Below, one piece after another: positions 13,401 to 29,600 of a stretch of 64,000 nucleotides of DNA (the first letter of the stretch is position 1; each line of letters begins with the position of its first letter). A program made the position numbers and the translations under genes. A model generated the notes under the pieces. It worked only from the letters and a program-made list of their open reading frames with translations, had not been told where the DNA came from and did not search any database. This DNA is from Eledone cirrhosa. Taxonomy: Eukaryota. The stretch is taken from positions 35,030,001 to 35,094,000 of the forward strand of contig OZ024756.1 in NCBI GenBank assembly GCA_964016885.1. The letters run 5' to 3'.

Positions 13401-14930
13401 AAATTGAGAGAGTTAGTTATATTACGTCCCTTCAGATTCTTGATTATTAAAAAAAATTATTTGAAAACCCCTGGCAGTATCTTTCATTTGAAATATGGTA
13501 ACAAAAGGGTTAAATATCATAAGACACTTTGGTCTAATGCTCTACCAATTCTGGCCCAATTCACCATCCTAGTAAATAGCATTATTTTAATAGCAATAAT
13601 GATAATAATAATAATTGTTTCTACTTTTCGCACAAGGCCAGCAATTTCCCCAGTGCATTACTGGTACTTTATTTTTATCGACCCTGTAAGGATAAAAGGC
13701 AAAGTTAACCTCGGTGGCGTTTGAACTCAGAATGTAAAGAGCCGAAACTCTATGCTGCAAAGCATAGCGTCTGACCCTCTACCAATACTGCCAATCCTCC
13801 GCCTTATAATGGTATAAAAATAATACAAATAAAAAAGAATAAAAGTTAGAAAGTGCAGAAAAGTGATATAAGATTTATTCACCATCATTAGCCATTAACA
13901 TCGTTATTATTATTGTTATTATTGTCATCATCATAATAATAATAGTTGTTGGTGTAGAGGTGGTGGTGGTGGCGGTGGTGTTGTTTAAGACAGAAATGTT
14001 CGGTCCCATATTTCCAAGAGAAAATGAAAAAACGACTAATAATAATAATAATAATAATAATAGTAGTAATAATGATAATAATAATAATTTGTCTACTTTT
14101 GGCACAAGGCCAGCAATTACCCCAGTGCATTACTGGTGCTTTATTTTATCGACCTCATAAGGATGAAAGGCAAAGTTAACCCCGGCGGGATTTGAACCCA
14201 AAACGCAAAGGGCCATAACTCTATGCCACAAAGCACGGTGTCTGACGCTCTACCGATTCTGCCAATCCAACGCCTTTCCTAATGATAATAATAATAAACA
14301 CTGCTACATCCTTTGCCAATCAGTGATCTGACAATGCAATAGAACTTTATTGATTGCATTAACTGACTGATTAAGACACCACCACCACCACCAATGCTGT
14401 ATACCCTACCATCAGCTGCACACACACACACACACCTGATGCATGCAAGCACACGCAAATACATATATACAGAGACAGACACACACACATACATACAGAC
14501 ACACACACACACAGGCATACATACACACATACATAAACACACTATGGAAACTAAAAAACATCAAAGTAACCAGATTTTCTATCTTCTGTAGCAATAAAAT
14601 CATCTGAATCATTGAATGTATATATGTACGTGTGTGTGTGTGTATATATTTATTTATTATATATATATATGTATATATACACATAAACACACACAAGTAT
14701 GTGAAGGTATGTCTATATATTTTGTGTACATACATGCTTTAAATACATATATATATATATATGTATAGTGTGTGTGTGTACATATATATATATATTGATA
14801 GATAGATATGTATATATGTGTCTGTGTTTGTTTGTATAAGAGAGATAGATATATAGATAGATAGGGATAGATAGAGATTTAAGTGACCCCAACCCCAACT
14901 CCCACCCCAAAAGCAGGCAGCTGATCTTCT

Positions 14931-15017
14931 TTACACAATTTCATATTTGTCAACGTAGAATACGACTTCGGAAGAATATTTGACAGGTTCATCATCCGTG
15001 GTGATCACTTCGGAGAT
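14931..15017 (-). CDS. ARCN1: ARCN1 exon 12, terminal ([28 protein letters not shown])
   Basis: ctccag acceptor; TAA at 14931-14933; matches the delta-COP C-terminus (...VDKYEIL). Confidence 0.93.
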   Translation of the reverse strand: MSEVITTDDEPVKYSSEVVFYVDKYEIV

Positions 15018-18000
15018 CTGGAGAAAGGAAGGAAGAAAGAAAAAATTAACCGGAAGGTAGATATATAAAATCTGGTTTGTGCTTCGTCAAGGTACGCAAC
15101 TCTGTATATGTCTGAATCAAGGCACGTAACTTTGTTTATCTCAATAAAACTGATTGGTCAGTAGTATGAATAGTTTAGTTTTAATAGACCATGTTCTATA
15201 CTGAAACCTCTGTAGCTATGGTCTATACTCAGACCTCAGTAGCTATGGTCTATACTCAGACCTCAGTAGCTATAGTCTATACTCAGACCTCAGTAGCTAT
15301 AGTCTATACTCAGACCTCAGTAGCTATAGTCTATATTCAGACCTCAGTAGCTATAGTCTATACTCAGACCTCAGTAGCTATAGTCTATACTCAGACCTCA
15401 GTAGCTATAGTCTATACTCAGACCTCAGTAGCTATAGTCTATACTCAGACCTCAGTAGCTATAGTCTATACTCAGATCTCAGTAGCTATAGTCTATACTC
15501 AGACCTCAGTAGCTATAGTCTATACTCAGACCTCAGTAGCTATAGTCTATATTCAGACTTCAGTAGCTATAGTCTATACTCAGACCTCAGTAGCTATAGT
15601 CTATACTCAGACCTCAGTAGCTATAGTCTATATTCAGACCTCAGTAGCTATAGTCTATACTCAGACCTCAGTAGCTATAGTCTATACTCAGACCTCAGTA
15701 GCTATAGTCTATACTCAGACCTCTATTGTTCTGGTCTATACTCAGACCATTATTGTGCGGTGGATTGGCAGTATCGGTAGAAGGTCGGACGCCATGCTTT
15801 CCAGCATAGTTACGTCCCTTTACGATCTGAGTGCAAATCCCGCCGAGGTTGACTTTGCCTTTCATCCTTACGGGGTCGATAAAATAAAGTACCAGTAATG
15901 CACTGGGTATTTGCTGGCCTTGTGCCTAAGGTAGAAACAATTATTGCTTGCACAATAGTCTATATTATAAACAATGATTCTATGGTCTATAGAAGGAGGC
16001 ACATGGCTTAGTGGTTAGAGCCTTGCAATCGAAAGGTTGAGTTCAATTCTCAGACCGGGTGATGTGTTGTTTCCTTGAGCAAGACACTTTATTTCACATT
16101 GCTCCAGTTTACTCAGCTGTAGAAATGAGATGATAGGGACTGGGGTCCCTATCATTCCACTGCAAAGTGATCGTGTAGGTGCCACGGAAAAAAAGCACCC
16201 AGCACTCACTGTAAATAAGGTTGGTGTTAGGAAGGGCATCCAGCTGTAGAAATCAAGCCAGAATCAGTTCCCATCCCACCCTTGCAAGCAGAGAAAAGCG
16301 GACGTAAAATGATGATGATGACGATACTCCCCCCACTTACATTCTCTAGTCTATACACAGAACCCTCAAACTTCCAGTCCCTAGCCCCTAGTCTATAAAG
16401 AAACTCCTCCCTTCAGGTTCGAGGCCCTCCAAACCCCTTGTCTATACAGTGCCCCATCTCCCTTCAGTTTCCAGTCCTTAACCCATTTTCCATACATAGC
16501 CTCGTCCCTCTTATCCCAGAGAAAGATCACATCAGTAATTATATGATTACCTGAATGTCACAGTATGATTTTGTGGAGACAAAAGACACTTTGACAGGAA
16601 AGAAGTCCTCAGGGTGTCCACCGATGCTAAATTCTAGACTTCCAGATTTGTTGCTGGCATCAATGAGGGGCAGGTTCCATAGCAACTGATTATTGCTGCG
16701 CTCATATGTATAACTACCGTCACAGTCACCGACGATGGGAGAGCCAACACCAGACCTATAGCAACAACAACAATAACATGTAGCAAAGACAACAGCATGT
16801 AGGTATAGCAATGGACATGTCACAATGATACAGTGAAATTCAATTATAACGAAATTCATGGGGGATAAAAAAAATTCGTTGTAACGAAAAATTCTTTATA
16901 ACGAGATTGACAGAAACAATCCTAGGGGACTGAAAGAATTCATTATACTGAAAAATTTGATATAACGGAATTTTACCTGTAACATCTATGTGTAGCAATG
17001 ACAACATTTTTCAGAGACAAAAAAAGTTTGGCAAAGGGAACCACAACATGTAGCAGCAATAATGAACCAGCTTCAGTACTCAGTAGAAGAGAAGTAGGTG
17101 TAAAAGCCAAACTCGCTATCTTCAATTCAGTGTATGTGGCTACTAAGTTCATGTGAGTAATAACCAAAAGAATATGATCACAAATACAAGTGGCCTCAGG
17201 AGGTCTTAAGAATAACATTACTCAATAGCATGCACAGCTAGGAGATCATGGAGTTACTCCAGGTAGATCCGCTACTTCTCGGTATCGAGAGATCATAGTT
17301 CCAGTTCTAGAGACATGTAAGCAGAATGTCTAAGAAAAGAATCACTGGACAGATTTTATGGGCAAAGCCAACCAGCAGGAGACTGAGACAGACCACGAGT
17401 AAGATGGTTGGATAACATCCATCAGCTTAGTTGGAGATGGTTGCTTCTGATAGAACCGTCTGGAAGGTATGTCTGAGGACTCAGCTCCCATGACCCTTTC
17501 AGGATTAAGTGAGGACGAAGAAGCAAATTAAAACAGAAATATTATGTGGTATGGTATAGGTAGACTATACTTACGGCAATGGTATACTGATAACAACATC
17601 ATTTAGTTCTAAGTTTTGCTGTTCAAGTTCATATTCTATATTGACATCACAGCCAGATCCAGTTTCTGAGGGCCAGCAATTTACTGAAATAGTGGAAGTC
17701 GATATGATTGAATAATTGTATAGTGTTTAACTGTAAAAAAGGCTGTGAAATATGTGAAGTTTATGTGGTCTAAAAGTGTGAAATATGCACTGACAATGGT
17801 AGAGCTACAATACTATGAGGCATGTCTAATGGTAGAACTACAATCCAATGAGATATGTCGACATTAGTGACAATGGTAGAATTACAATACAATGAGACAT
17901 GTCTAATGGTATGTATATATATACATATATGTATAGAATGTTTACATACTTGACAAAGGAATGAAAGCTTCGTCTTGTGTCTGGAAACGCCATTTTAAGA

Positions 18001-21000
18001 CTCCAATGTCTTGGTGTAAGGGAAACGGTTTGTCAGCATTCTTTAAACCAATGTAGGATGAGGTACTGAAGAGCTTCTTATCAATGTTGGGATGGGTCTG
18101 TGTGAGAGAAAGAGAGAGTGAGTGAGTGTGAATGAGAAAGAGAGAGGGTGAGAAAGAGAGAAAGATATTTTAGTGAGGTGTTTTGGTATCAAAAGGATTA
18201 ATGCAAGGTGTTACCTGGAGTTGAATTCCTTTGGTATCATTATTCAAAATGGCAACCTTGATTTTGCCAAAACTCTCATCTGCAACCTTTAACTTCACTA
18301 AACCAAGAATTTCCAAATTCTGTAAGCCACCATCACGGCCAGCTTGTACAACTATTTTCTCTTCTATTCGCAAATGGACACTAAAAAAAAAATAGAGATT
18401 TAACACATTAAAGTGGTTGGCATATACATTCACTCTCATCAATGTTAACATATGGTGGTTATGTTAGTGGTGATAGTGTTGGTGTTGTTGATGGTATTGG
18501 TGGTGTTAGTGGTTATGGTATTGTTGGTCGTAATGTTGTTGTTGGTGGTGTTACTAGAGTCTTGTACTTACCTTTCTTGGTTAACAGCAGGTGTAGAGAC
18601 TTTGTTTATAGTTGATGAGGAATGGTTGGTTGTGCTGACATCTGAAAATAATTATAACATAAACAAATTTTGTTACCAGATTTCTAATGAAAAAACTGGA
18701 TTTTCAAATAATTTTGAAAATATTCAAAAATTCAAAGAGATTTCATAATTTAACTTCCTCCTTATTAAGTTGGTGTTTGAAACAAAGGTTTGTACATAAA
18801 ATTATGATGGAAGGTTTTTAGATAAATATAAACATACCAAAATGAATAGTTTTGGAGAGAGTGAGAGAGAGAAAGAAAGAGAAGTGTAAAGAGAGTGAGA
18901 GAGAAAGAAGGAGAAGTGGAATGAAAGTGAGAGAAGGTAGGTGTAAAAGGAACAACTTACTCTCGCCTTCTGATTTGAGTTGATCAACAAAAGAATCAAC
19001 ATCTTTAGTCTTGCTGCCAAGTTTCATTGCTTTACTTGGACCCAATGGTTTACTGTGGACAGAAGAGAGAGAGAGAGAGAGAGAAGTTAACCTGAGATAG
19101 ACACTGATAACTTTTCATACATCTTTACAATGTATAATTGACAAATCCACTTCCAATACACAAAACTACTTACAACAAAGCCAGTTACCCTGCTAAAGTA
19201 ATATCTTAAACACATCACCTAACCATCTTATTCCCCTTTTCTTTACAGCAGGGGTTCTCAAACTTTTTGCTTGAGTACTGACTAGGACTGTGTAGACCCA
19301 TCCAGTCCTTGTTAGCAGAGAAAATGGACATTAAATGACGAAGGTGATGATGACACATGGCCAATGAGATGTTTACCTGGGAGCATTGTATGAAGATTTA
19401 ACGGGGTCATTCATTGTGGTATCAATAATGGGAACTTCAATACGACCCCCGGTATTGCTGCTACCAAATCCTCCACCAAAACCTGGTGACCTCATGTTAC
19501 TACCACCACCTTTCGTCTTCATGCGGCGTAACTCTTCAGCCTTCTTCATCATTGTGTCACGAGCTTCTTTCTCTTGAGTCTGAAACAGAACAACAGAAGA
19601 GAGAACAGGTTAGTCGCAGCGATGGGAATGTACAGGGTGTCCCCCAAAAATGTATACACACTTTGATTACCTGTACAGACATTATTTATTAGCATGCTGT
19701 TGAAGTGTCTATACATTTTTTGGGGACACCCTGTATATCGTGAGTATGTGAGGATGTTTTTTATAGTTTGATGTCAATGATGTGTGACATTTGCTCCTCA
19801 CCTGTCTAACAGCCATGAAGACTCGTTCTTCGTGTGAATCCATCTCAGTGAAAGTTCGGATCTGTGCAATGTTGACATTCTCACGGTAACCAAGAGCAAC
19901 TATTTCATCAAAGGCAAATATCAGTGAGAAGGATTGCTCAATAATCTCACTCTCGTCCATATTACGGCAATATTCAGGGATCTGAAGCGGAAGAAGAAGC
20001 GACATCAATGGACATTAAAAAACCCACATGTGCACAGTGGTGGTATTAAACTAGGATTTGAAATCAGAACAAATACTGCAAGGCATTTCGTCTTACACTC
20101 TAACGACAAGTACAATTAAGTAGAACACAATTCAGAGCCAGTTTCATTTGAATTAACAACCCATTGTTAGATATTTTCTATTAAATCATTACAAGATGTT
20201 AAGAGTTTAACAACCTTACAGATGTAACAATTAGAAAAATTGACTGCACCACATTGAAAATTCAAGTCTTCATACTAATACTGCAAATTTTTACAACAGT
20301 CTGTCCACTAGTAAAGATACTATAAACATTTGAATAAACAAATTCATTTTTAGATATTTTCAGCTAAATTACAGGATGGTAAGAATTAAGGGTTATGTAT
20401 TTAGCATTTAAACTGGCCAGAACTTTCTCACCTCTTTCTGTACAAACCAGCTGTAACTGGCCATTCACACCTACATTAAGGTATTGTTCTCAAAATAAAT
20501 AACATCAAAATCTCATAGATTCGATATCATGTGAGATAATTATGTAAGGTAAAGCCTTTACTGTGAAAATACAATAGTAAATATAGAGTAATGTAAATGC
20601 TTAAGGGTTAAGGATACTTACCAACTTAGCAAAGAGGCGAAGAGTCTCCAAGTCTTCGAGGATGTTACTGGCTTTTGTAGTGATAAGTAACATGTATAGT
20701 TTCTCAAGAGGTTGGTACACATATCTCACACTCTCTGTCTCCACAAAGGTGTGTTGTTTACCACTGCTCATTAGTTTGGGGAAGGCAGCCAGAAGACCTT
20801 CTATTCGGGCCCTCGTCATCTCGACAAACTGCCGGGAAATTATGGCTGAAAGTAGACAAACATACATACATATATATTCATGTGTGTATGTGTACATACA
20901 TATATACACAGATCCCCTCCACCACTATTTTAGAGCAATGCTGAAAATCATTTCTTCTATACAAATAATTCATATACTCTATAATGTGTTGTATAACATT

Positions 21001-21011
21001 CCTCAAACATA

Positions 21012-21061
<50 letters not shown>

Positions 21062-21187
21062 CGGCTTGTATCTGCCAATATTACTTCTTGTTGTTTTAAT
21101 TGCCCTGATGAGTCCTTAATAGGACGAAACATTGTCAGCTAATAAAGACTTTTGATGTATTGAAGGCTTCTTTGTTTTACTCTATTA

Positions 21188-21220
<33 letters not shown>

Positions 21221-24200
21221 TTGTTAACCTTTGGTTTCACAAACACACAAGTTTAAAACACAGTCTATCAATTTGATGCTTCACATATTTATATACACAC
21301 ACTCACACATTCATACATATAATATATATTTATAACATTAAATGCTGTCAGTTATACATCCATACATATATGTGAGTGTGTTTGCATGCATATATTATGC
21401 ACACACACACACATATATATATATAATGGAGGCACATGGCTTAGTGGTTAGAGCATTGGCCTTGCAATCGAAAGGTTGTGAGTTCAATTCTCAGACTGGG
21501 TGATGTGTTGTTTCCTTGAGCAAGACACTTTATTTCACATTGCTCCAGTTTACTCAGCTGTAGAAATGAGATGATAGGGACTGGGATCCATATCATTCCA
21601 CTGCAAAGTGGTTGTGGAGGTGCCACGGCAAAAAAGCACCCAGCACTCACTGTAAATGAGGTTGGTGTTAGGAAGGGCATCCAGCTGTAGAAATCAAGCC
21701 AGAATCAGTTCCCGTCCCACCCTTGCAAGCAGGGAAAAGCGGACGTAAAATGAAATGATGAAAATGAAATATATATATATTATACACGTTTTCATAGCAA
21801 CCAATGGTTTCCAATCCAGTATGTGGCTTACACTGTGCAACTGCACTTCCAGATGCATGATTTTCCTTTGAGCAACTATAATTCAACGATAGCTGACATT
21901 ATTTATAACATCATCATCGTTTAACATCTATCTTCCACGCTAGCATGGGTTACACGGGAATTGTCCCACTTGAGGTAAGATTGGTCGGGTGATCCTGTCT
22001 CACTCATATAGGACTATCTGGCAGGTTTTCTACGGCTGGATACCCTTCCTAACACCAATCACATTTACAGTGTGGACTGAGACCTTTTTTACTGTTAGCT
22101 ACACGACCACATTACAGCGTGGACTGTGTATTCTTTTTTTTTTTTTTTGTTGTGACACCTACACAACCTCATTAGTTTTGACTGGATGTTGTGGTACCAA
22201 CATAACTTAATAGAGAAAGGGTGGTGTTAGTGGAAGGACATCTAGAGGACACACTAGTCTGCACTTCTCTTCATACCTCTCCATTAACAAAATCCAGCCC
22301 TCGTCAGCTAAATATCTCATGCACCTAGTTGATGTCAAACTTGCTTGTCCTCTCCCTCCAAACCCTCAGGAAAATGAAATGACTTACCTTTGCCACTCTT
22401 GTTACAAACAGCTGCTGCTAAGAGAACCTGGTGGAGAGAAAGAAAGAAATGAAGTCTGAGTTAAGGTTTTACTGTAACAAGGAACAACATTGGTGTGATT
22501 TGAGAAAGAAATTTGGCTACTGTTTCAAGCATGTTAAGTGACTAGATAGAAAGTCTGCCAAGTGGGTGTATTATGGAGATATAGGCCATCTGTTAGTCAG
22601 AAGAGCAGAGACTATTATAGTAGTGTTAGGAAGGAGATGAGAGGACAGATATATATATATATACAGTGGAACCTTGGTTCACAAATTTAATTCATTCCTG
22701 AAGGCTGTTTGTCACTCAAAAAGTTAGTAAACCAAAACTGTTTTTCCCATATGAAATACAGTGAGAGAAAGACAGATATCACCATAGTAACTAATTACAC
22801 AGCAAGTGACACTTACTCACTGATACTCCCAGCTTGTCACCAACCGCTATTGCCGGCTTGTGTGTTTGTTACTCGAGACACTGTTCATCACCTGAGATGT
22901 TTTATGTTTGGAAAAATTGTTCGTGAACCGATTTGTTCATGATGAGAAGTGTTCATGAACTGAGGTTCCACAGTATATTTTTAAGGTGTCAAATTGTCAG
23001 AGAGTAGCACAAAATGCCTTGCAGTATTTGTTTTATAGAGAGAGAGAGGGTATGAGATGACATAAATGATGTTGTGGTGTTAATCTATTGCTACATGTTA
23101 CACCACTACATGGCCAAGTGGTTAGGGCATTAGACTCATGATCATAAGGTCATGGGTTCGATTCCTGGACTAGTTGGCATGTTGTGCCCTTCAGCAAGAT
23201 CTTCTATTTCACATTGCTCCAGTTCACTCAGCTAAAAAATAAATGAGTCCCAGCAGCAACAACAACACTGGCATCTGATTCAGGGGGAAGTCCTTTCCAG
23301 ACAGAACTGAGCCCCTATCATTAAAACACCTGAGAACCTGCCTATGAAATACAACTTTGTAGGAAGCCATCTAAACCTAGACAGGTGTGAGCTGTAACAA
23401 CAACCAGCACCACCCTGGTGACTACTACACCACCACCACCCCTAACCAGCTAACCACTACACAACTAAACCTAAAACATTGTCCTCTATTCTTCATTATT
23501 GATTGATTTTTTCCCCCTCTCCTCCTCCTTTCCCCAATACAATCTGTGTTCATTCCCCCTTCACCTGCTCCCCCACATCAATAAATCTGTATAGTTCTTT
23601 CTCTCCCTCCTCCTCTTATCAATAAATCTGTGTAGTTCTCCTTTCTCTCCCTCCTCCCCTCAATACAAGCTGTATAGTCCTCCTCCTCCTCCCGTCGATA
23701 CAAGCAGTATAGTTTCCAAGTAAACTACTACAACCTATAGGGAGGGAAGAAGAGGAAAAGAAGGAATGATTTAATCCACATAATCTTTCCTTTATTCGAA
23801 TATTCTAACTACTACTACTACAACTACCACCATCACTACTACTACTACTACTACCACCACCACCACTGCTGCTACTACACCACCACCATCACTACTACTA
23901 CCACCACCACCATCACTACTACTACCACCACTACCACCACCACCACCGGTCAGATGTTTTTTTACCACTACAACACCCATCATCACCATTTAAACCCATT
24001 TGTTATATTTCTAATGAAAGATACTGTTCATAATTTTAGAATAATTTTGGAAATATTCAAGAATTTGGAAGAATTTAGTTAATATAACTAATTTCTTCAT
24101 TATTAAGCAGATGTTTGTAATATAACTTAACAAAGGTTCTTACAAAGAATTATGATGGAAAACTTTTAAATAAATACGACAACTTTAGAATAAAGTTTTG

Positions 24201-24473
24201 TGTCCTAGAATTTTTTTTACTGAATGCTTTATGCTTTATATTTAGAATATCACACCAACAAAAGAAAAACAAAAAGGGGGACTAGGCAACTTCTACACCA
24301 TTGTTTAGTCAGTATATATATATATAATTATATATACACACACACACACACACTCTGCCAAAGAAAAATGTATACAGAATTCAGGAAAAGAAAAACTTGT
24401 ACAAATACCTCAGTAAATATAAACACTTCTTTCGATGTTTGATCAAATTATGATAACAATGTGTAGTACTGTA

Positions 24474-24530
<57 letters not shown>

Positions 24531-24997
24531 CATACATACACACAGACAAAACCACCTCTGGTTTCATGCAACAAAACCACTCATTTTAAAGGGTTCCTAC
24601 TTAAATTAAACTCTTCCACCATCATTTTATATAAGAGCTATATGTTAAGTTACTATCTTATAATTAGTAATTTTAGACAAATCCTTCAAAATTCTTCATT
24701 AATTAATTGAAATAGAGTGTATTTCATTAGAAATATGTTCATGAAATGTTTACTATTAACCACTGACTACTGTCAAAAACTGACCTGCAAGTAGTGATCC
24801 ATGGCTATAATAAACACTCACTGTTAAGACCATAACATCAAGCATGTTGGTAGCACAACAGGTTGTGACATGTGTTATTACTACCTTCACCCCCCACCCA
24901 TCCCAACTAGTCATACAACTTTGGTCTATTTATGGCACACTTGCACAGCTGTTCTTGATGTTGTACTTGTTGCTGTTGTCTCTCTCTCTATATATAT

Positions 24998-25034
<37 letters not shown>

Positions 25035-25056
25035 TGTGTGTGTGTGTCTCTCTCTC

Positions 25057-25092
<36 letters not shown>

Positions 25093-26617
25093 ATAGGACT
25101 GCTATTGTTAACATTGCCATGTTCTCTCTTAATAGGGAGTACAGCTGTTGTTGTGCATGAGTATATATATAGAGAGAGGGGTGGGGGTGAGAGCATACAC
25201 ATATACACACACCTAACGCACTTTACTTATGAAACATTGATCTCACAATAATGCCCGACAATAAAATTGGCTTCTTCAATCCCTTACTTATGAAACAGTT
25301 GTCACTTTATCTACTATATTAATGGTCACTATAGATATTATTATAGTGGTCAATTTTAGATTGTATAACTGTACAGTAACAATGGTCAGTTTAGACATAA
25401 CAATGACTCCCAAACATTTCACTGCTAAGGATCCCATTTATTTAACCTGTTCCTTGCCATATTTCTAATGAAAGACACTGCCTTGAAAATAATCAAGGGT
25501 TTAAAGGGATTTAGTAATATAATTAGGTTTCTCATTATTAAGCTGGTGTTTGGAACATAACTTAACAAAGGTTCTTATGTAAAATTATGATGGAAGGTTT
25601 GTAGAAAAGTATAAACATTTTAATCCTTTTGTTACCGTATTTGTCACCAACCGCTAAGAATTTGTGGAGATATATTTAGTAAAACAACTTTCTCATTATT
25701 AAGCTGTTTGGAATATAGCATAACAAAGGTTCTTATAATTATGATGGAAGATTTTTAGATAAATATTAACACTTTAAAATAAACTACTTTATATTGTAGA
25801 AACAGAAGAGTTAACTAACTTTTTACCCAGGCTCCAAGGTTTTGAAAGGTTTGTCTTCAGAACTCAGACTCAACTTAGTGGATCCTCAGGGTTCAACAGA
25901 GACAGACCCCTTGTTAAGAACCAAGAACCACTAAGCTATACCATTACTGTAAGAGGACCATAAGGGTAGCATAATTGATTTAAGGTGGTGGATAACAAGC
26001 TGAAGTTCTGAGAACTAATATTCCATCACAAGTGTAGTGTCTTCCTAACAAAGACACATCATTCCATGACTAAGTCCTCCTAACTAAATAAGTACAATTT
26101 CCAGAGGTTGAGATGGGACTGTCTGTCTTTCCATTGTCTTTTGAATTCATATTCTACAGACTAAGTCATGCAGGCTTTTGTTGAAACTATCCTATAATAG
26201 ACATCACACCGCCCAGCCTGTCTTCCTCTATTCTACCTTCTTACCTTTTCTACACCTCAGTGTCGTTCTTCTTTACCTGCACTTTGGACTACAATCTTTA
26301 TTATTCTCTTCTGTTTTACTGTTTCTCTCCTTTCTATTTTTTTCTCCCTTAACTCACTGTTCTCTTCCTTCTTTGACAGTTGACACACTTGGGATGCTTT
26401 TTCTTCTATATTTGTGTATTTCACTTAAAAGCATAACTTGTTTCTACCTGTTTTGTTATTTGTTATGTCCCAATGTGCACTGGAACGAATGGTATAAACC
26501 TTAATGGACCGAAACTGTAGTGATTTCCAGAAGTTAGTTGAGGAGATGGGACTGTCCATATTTCCATTGTTTTTTCTATTGTCTTTGTCCTGTGTGCTCC
26601 TAATTTTGAATATATAT

Positions 26618-26650
<33 letters not shown>

Positions 26651-29600
26651 CATATATATAAATATTTACATATATATTTATTGTGAGCTTGTAATGCTGG
26701 CCTCAGATCCCCCCCATGGGAACTACTTTGGGGTATCTTTCTACCTTGATTCATGATGTGAAGATGAACTTTTCAGTGGTGTCCCTAACAACCAATCTGA
26801 CTGTGTTTGAAGTGTGTTGATGAGAATGTAGAAACAGAGATGGAACAGCATACCTGTTGGTTATAGTGAGTTGGTAAATGAATCTATCTTGAGAGAAAAC
26901 AGAGTTGATCTGAGTCCACAGCCTCCATATATCTCTTCAGATGATGGATATATACCTGGAAAGTTCCTCTCCACAGCACAAACCTGGCTAAGTCCCTTTG
27001 TAGAAGACCAGTAGTCCCACATGCATTCGAGTCTTCCTTCTCCATGCCACTAATGTTGTGCAAAGGAAAGACAAGTGCCATTACAGCTTGACACCATTGC
27101 CATTACAACTCATATATATACTGTATATGATGTTGTCCAATGGAAAGGCAACAGTCAATAGAGCTTGGCACCAGTGTTGTCACAACTCGTATATATACAC
27201 ACTATATATTCTGTATATATGGTGTTGTCTAAGGAAGAGGCAAGGACTGATATAACTTGGCACCAGTACTGTCACAACTCACACACCTGTATATGGTTCA
27301 AAGGAAAAGCAAAGGTTGACACTGGTGTCGAAGTAATTTTAGTGTCATTGCAGCAACCTGTGTCATCGTAGTGATCTCAATGTCATCACAGTGACCTCAA
27401 TGATGTCAGTTACCTTAGTGTTGTATTGGTAACTTTAATGCCGTCACAGTGACCTGGGATTTTAAAATTGAAAGAAGTGAAGGAAGTAGGATGGAGATAT
27501 GAAATGAAATTCATCGCTCACACCAATGCAGGTTTAGTTGGCTTCATGCAAGGTTACGTCTTCTGGAGGATTCTCTGGTGTTTTAACAATAGGGGTTGAA
27601 ATCCTATCATGAAAAGATGCCTCATACCTATGCAAGTTTAGCTGGCCTCCAACAAAGTTTTATCTCATAGGTTTCTCAGGTGGTTTTATGATAGGGGCCC
27701 CCAGTCCTATCATGAAAATCATTGTGAAGTAAAGTATCTTTCTCAAGAACACAACATACTACACAGTCCAAGAATGAAACTTATGACCTTATGATTGTGA
27801 GTCCAACACCCTAATCACTAAGCCATGTTCCCGATGAGAATAACCCATGACTGAGGAATGAAGTCTTAGACATGTTAGTCAAAGTAAATATTCTGTTTCT
27901 CAAGGTTACTAATAAAATACACCATACAGTGAAGCACTTCCATCAGAGATTGAAACTAGGTCAGTGTAACAAGATACACCAAGACCTACCAAACTAACAA
28001 AGGAGTCTATGTGGTTGCTCCATACACTAGAAATGGCAATTAAATCTCTTTGAATCCCACTATATCATTCATAAAAATGGGCACATTGGATATCGTACCA
28101 GTTACAATATGTTTGAAAAACAGATGAGATAGTTATGGTAAGAATGTCATTAATTATAAGGTTGATCTGAGGCTAAACAACAGCAATGACAAAAAGCTGA
28201 AACAGATATCACAAGGCATCTCATCCAATGCTGGAATTATGGAGGTTGCTGTTTAGTTTGAATTGTTATAAGTTGACAGTTAGTGACAGGAGGGAGTTCC
28301 AGGGGTTGTTGTCATGGCACACAAATCTTTGATCAACAAATTATTTATTTATTAAACTTTGGTTTAACATCTTAAATCATCAACTGACAAGCTGTTGCCT
28401 TAAAGCTACATGAAAACTTGAAGTGACAAGTGATCGCTTGAGTACTTGGATCAACAGGTTACTGGTTCAAAGTATGGATCAACAAGTTATTGACTTGAAA
28501 CTTGGATCAATAAGCTACTGCCTCAAAACTTGGATCAAGACAATGTTATCTCAAAACCTGGAGCAACAAGCTACTGTGTTGAAATTTGGATCAAGAAATC
28601 TTGGATCAACAGGTAATTGTCTCAAAGATTGAATAAAAATAGTCTCAAAGCTTGGATATATTCAGGAGATGTGGTGTGGAAGACTGATAATTATGCATTT
28701 TCTAGTTAGAGCATTGGCCTTGCAATCGAAAGGTTGTGAGTTCAATTCTCGGACTGGGTGATGTGTTGTTTCCTTGAGCAAGACACTTTATTTCACATTG
28801 CTCCAGTTCACTCAGCTGTAGAAATGAGATGATAGGGACTGGGGTCCCTATCATTCCACTGCAAAGTGGTCATGGAGGTGCCACAGCAAAAAAGCACCCA
28901 GCACTCACTGTAAATGAGGTTGGTGTTAGGAAGGGCATCCAGCTGTAGAAATCAAGCCAGAATCAGTTCCCGTATGAGCAAGACAAGGTCAGCCGACCAG
29001 ACACTGCCCACAACAGGATAACCCGTCTAACCCATGCTAGCATGGAAGAACGGACGTAAAACGGTGATGATGATGATGAATATAAGTATAAACTCTCAAT
29101 ATCAAAATTAGAATAAAAAAAGAAGTGAAGTGGCAGAAACAGTATAGTGCTTGAAAATATCTTCCTGTATTTAGTTCCACATCTTTATATTCACAGATCA
29201 AACACCATCAATGTTGACTTTGCCTTTCATTTGTCAGAATTTGATAATAAAATAAATAAAAAAGATACCAGTCATATGTTAGAATCAATTCATTTGATTG
29301 GATTTATAACCAATGAGAGAAATCAATATGAAAATTAGAACCAAAGACAATGGATATTTGTGAACAATTTCTCTTAATGCCAATTAATCAACAATATCTT
29401 TCTGTTTTTTAATAAATGACAAACATTAGATTCTGAATTTTAACCCTTTTAATATCAAACTGCCCCTAGTTACACAATAAAAAAAACTCTTTATCATCAT
29501 CATCCTCGTTTAATGTCCACTTTCCACACTAGCATGGGTTAGACAGGTTCTCCCATTAGAGGCAAACTGAGTCAGGTGACTATGTATTGCTCATATAGAA

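Noticed and set aside
15191-15898. 27-bp repeat array as a CRISPR or repeat-protein gene
   Set aside because: Head-to-tail units with no unique spacers, eukaryotic intron, and the ORF runs into a SINE
21428-21505. tRNA gene
   Set aside because: A and B boxes are present, but the sequence continues into a multi-copy SINE body and does not form a clean cloverleaf
26860-27060. ORF 26884..27081 as a nested gene
   Set aside because: Looks like a decayed LINE 3' remnant in ARCN1 intron 1; no splice or domain support
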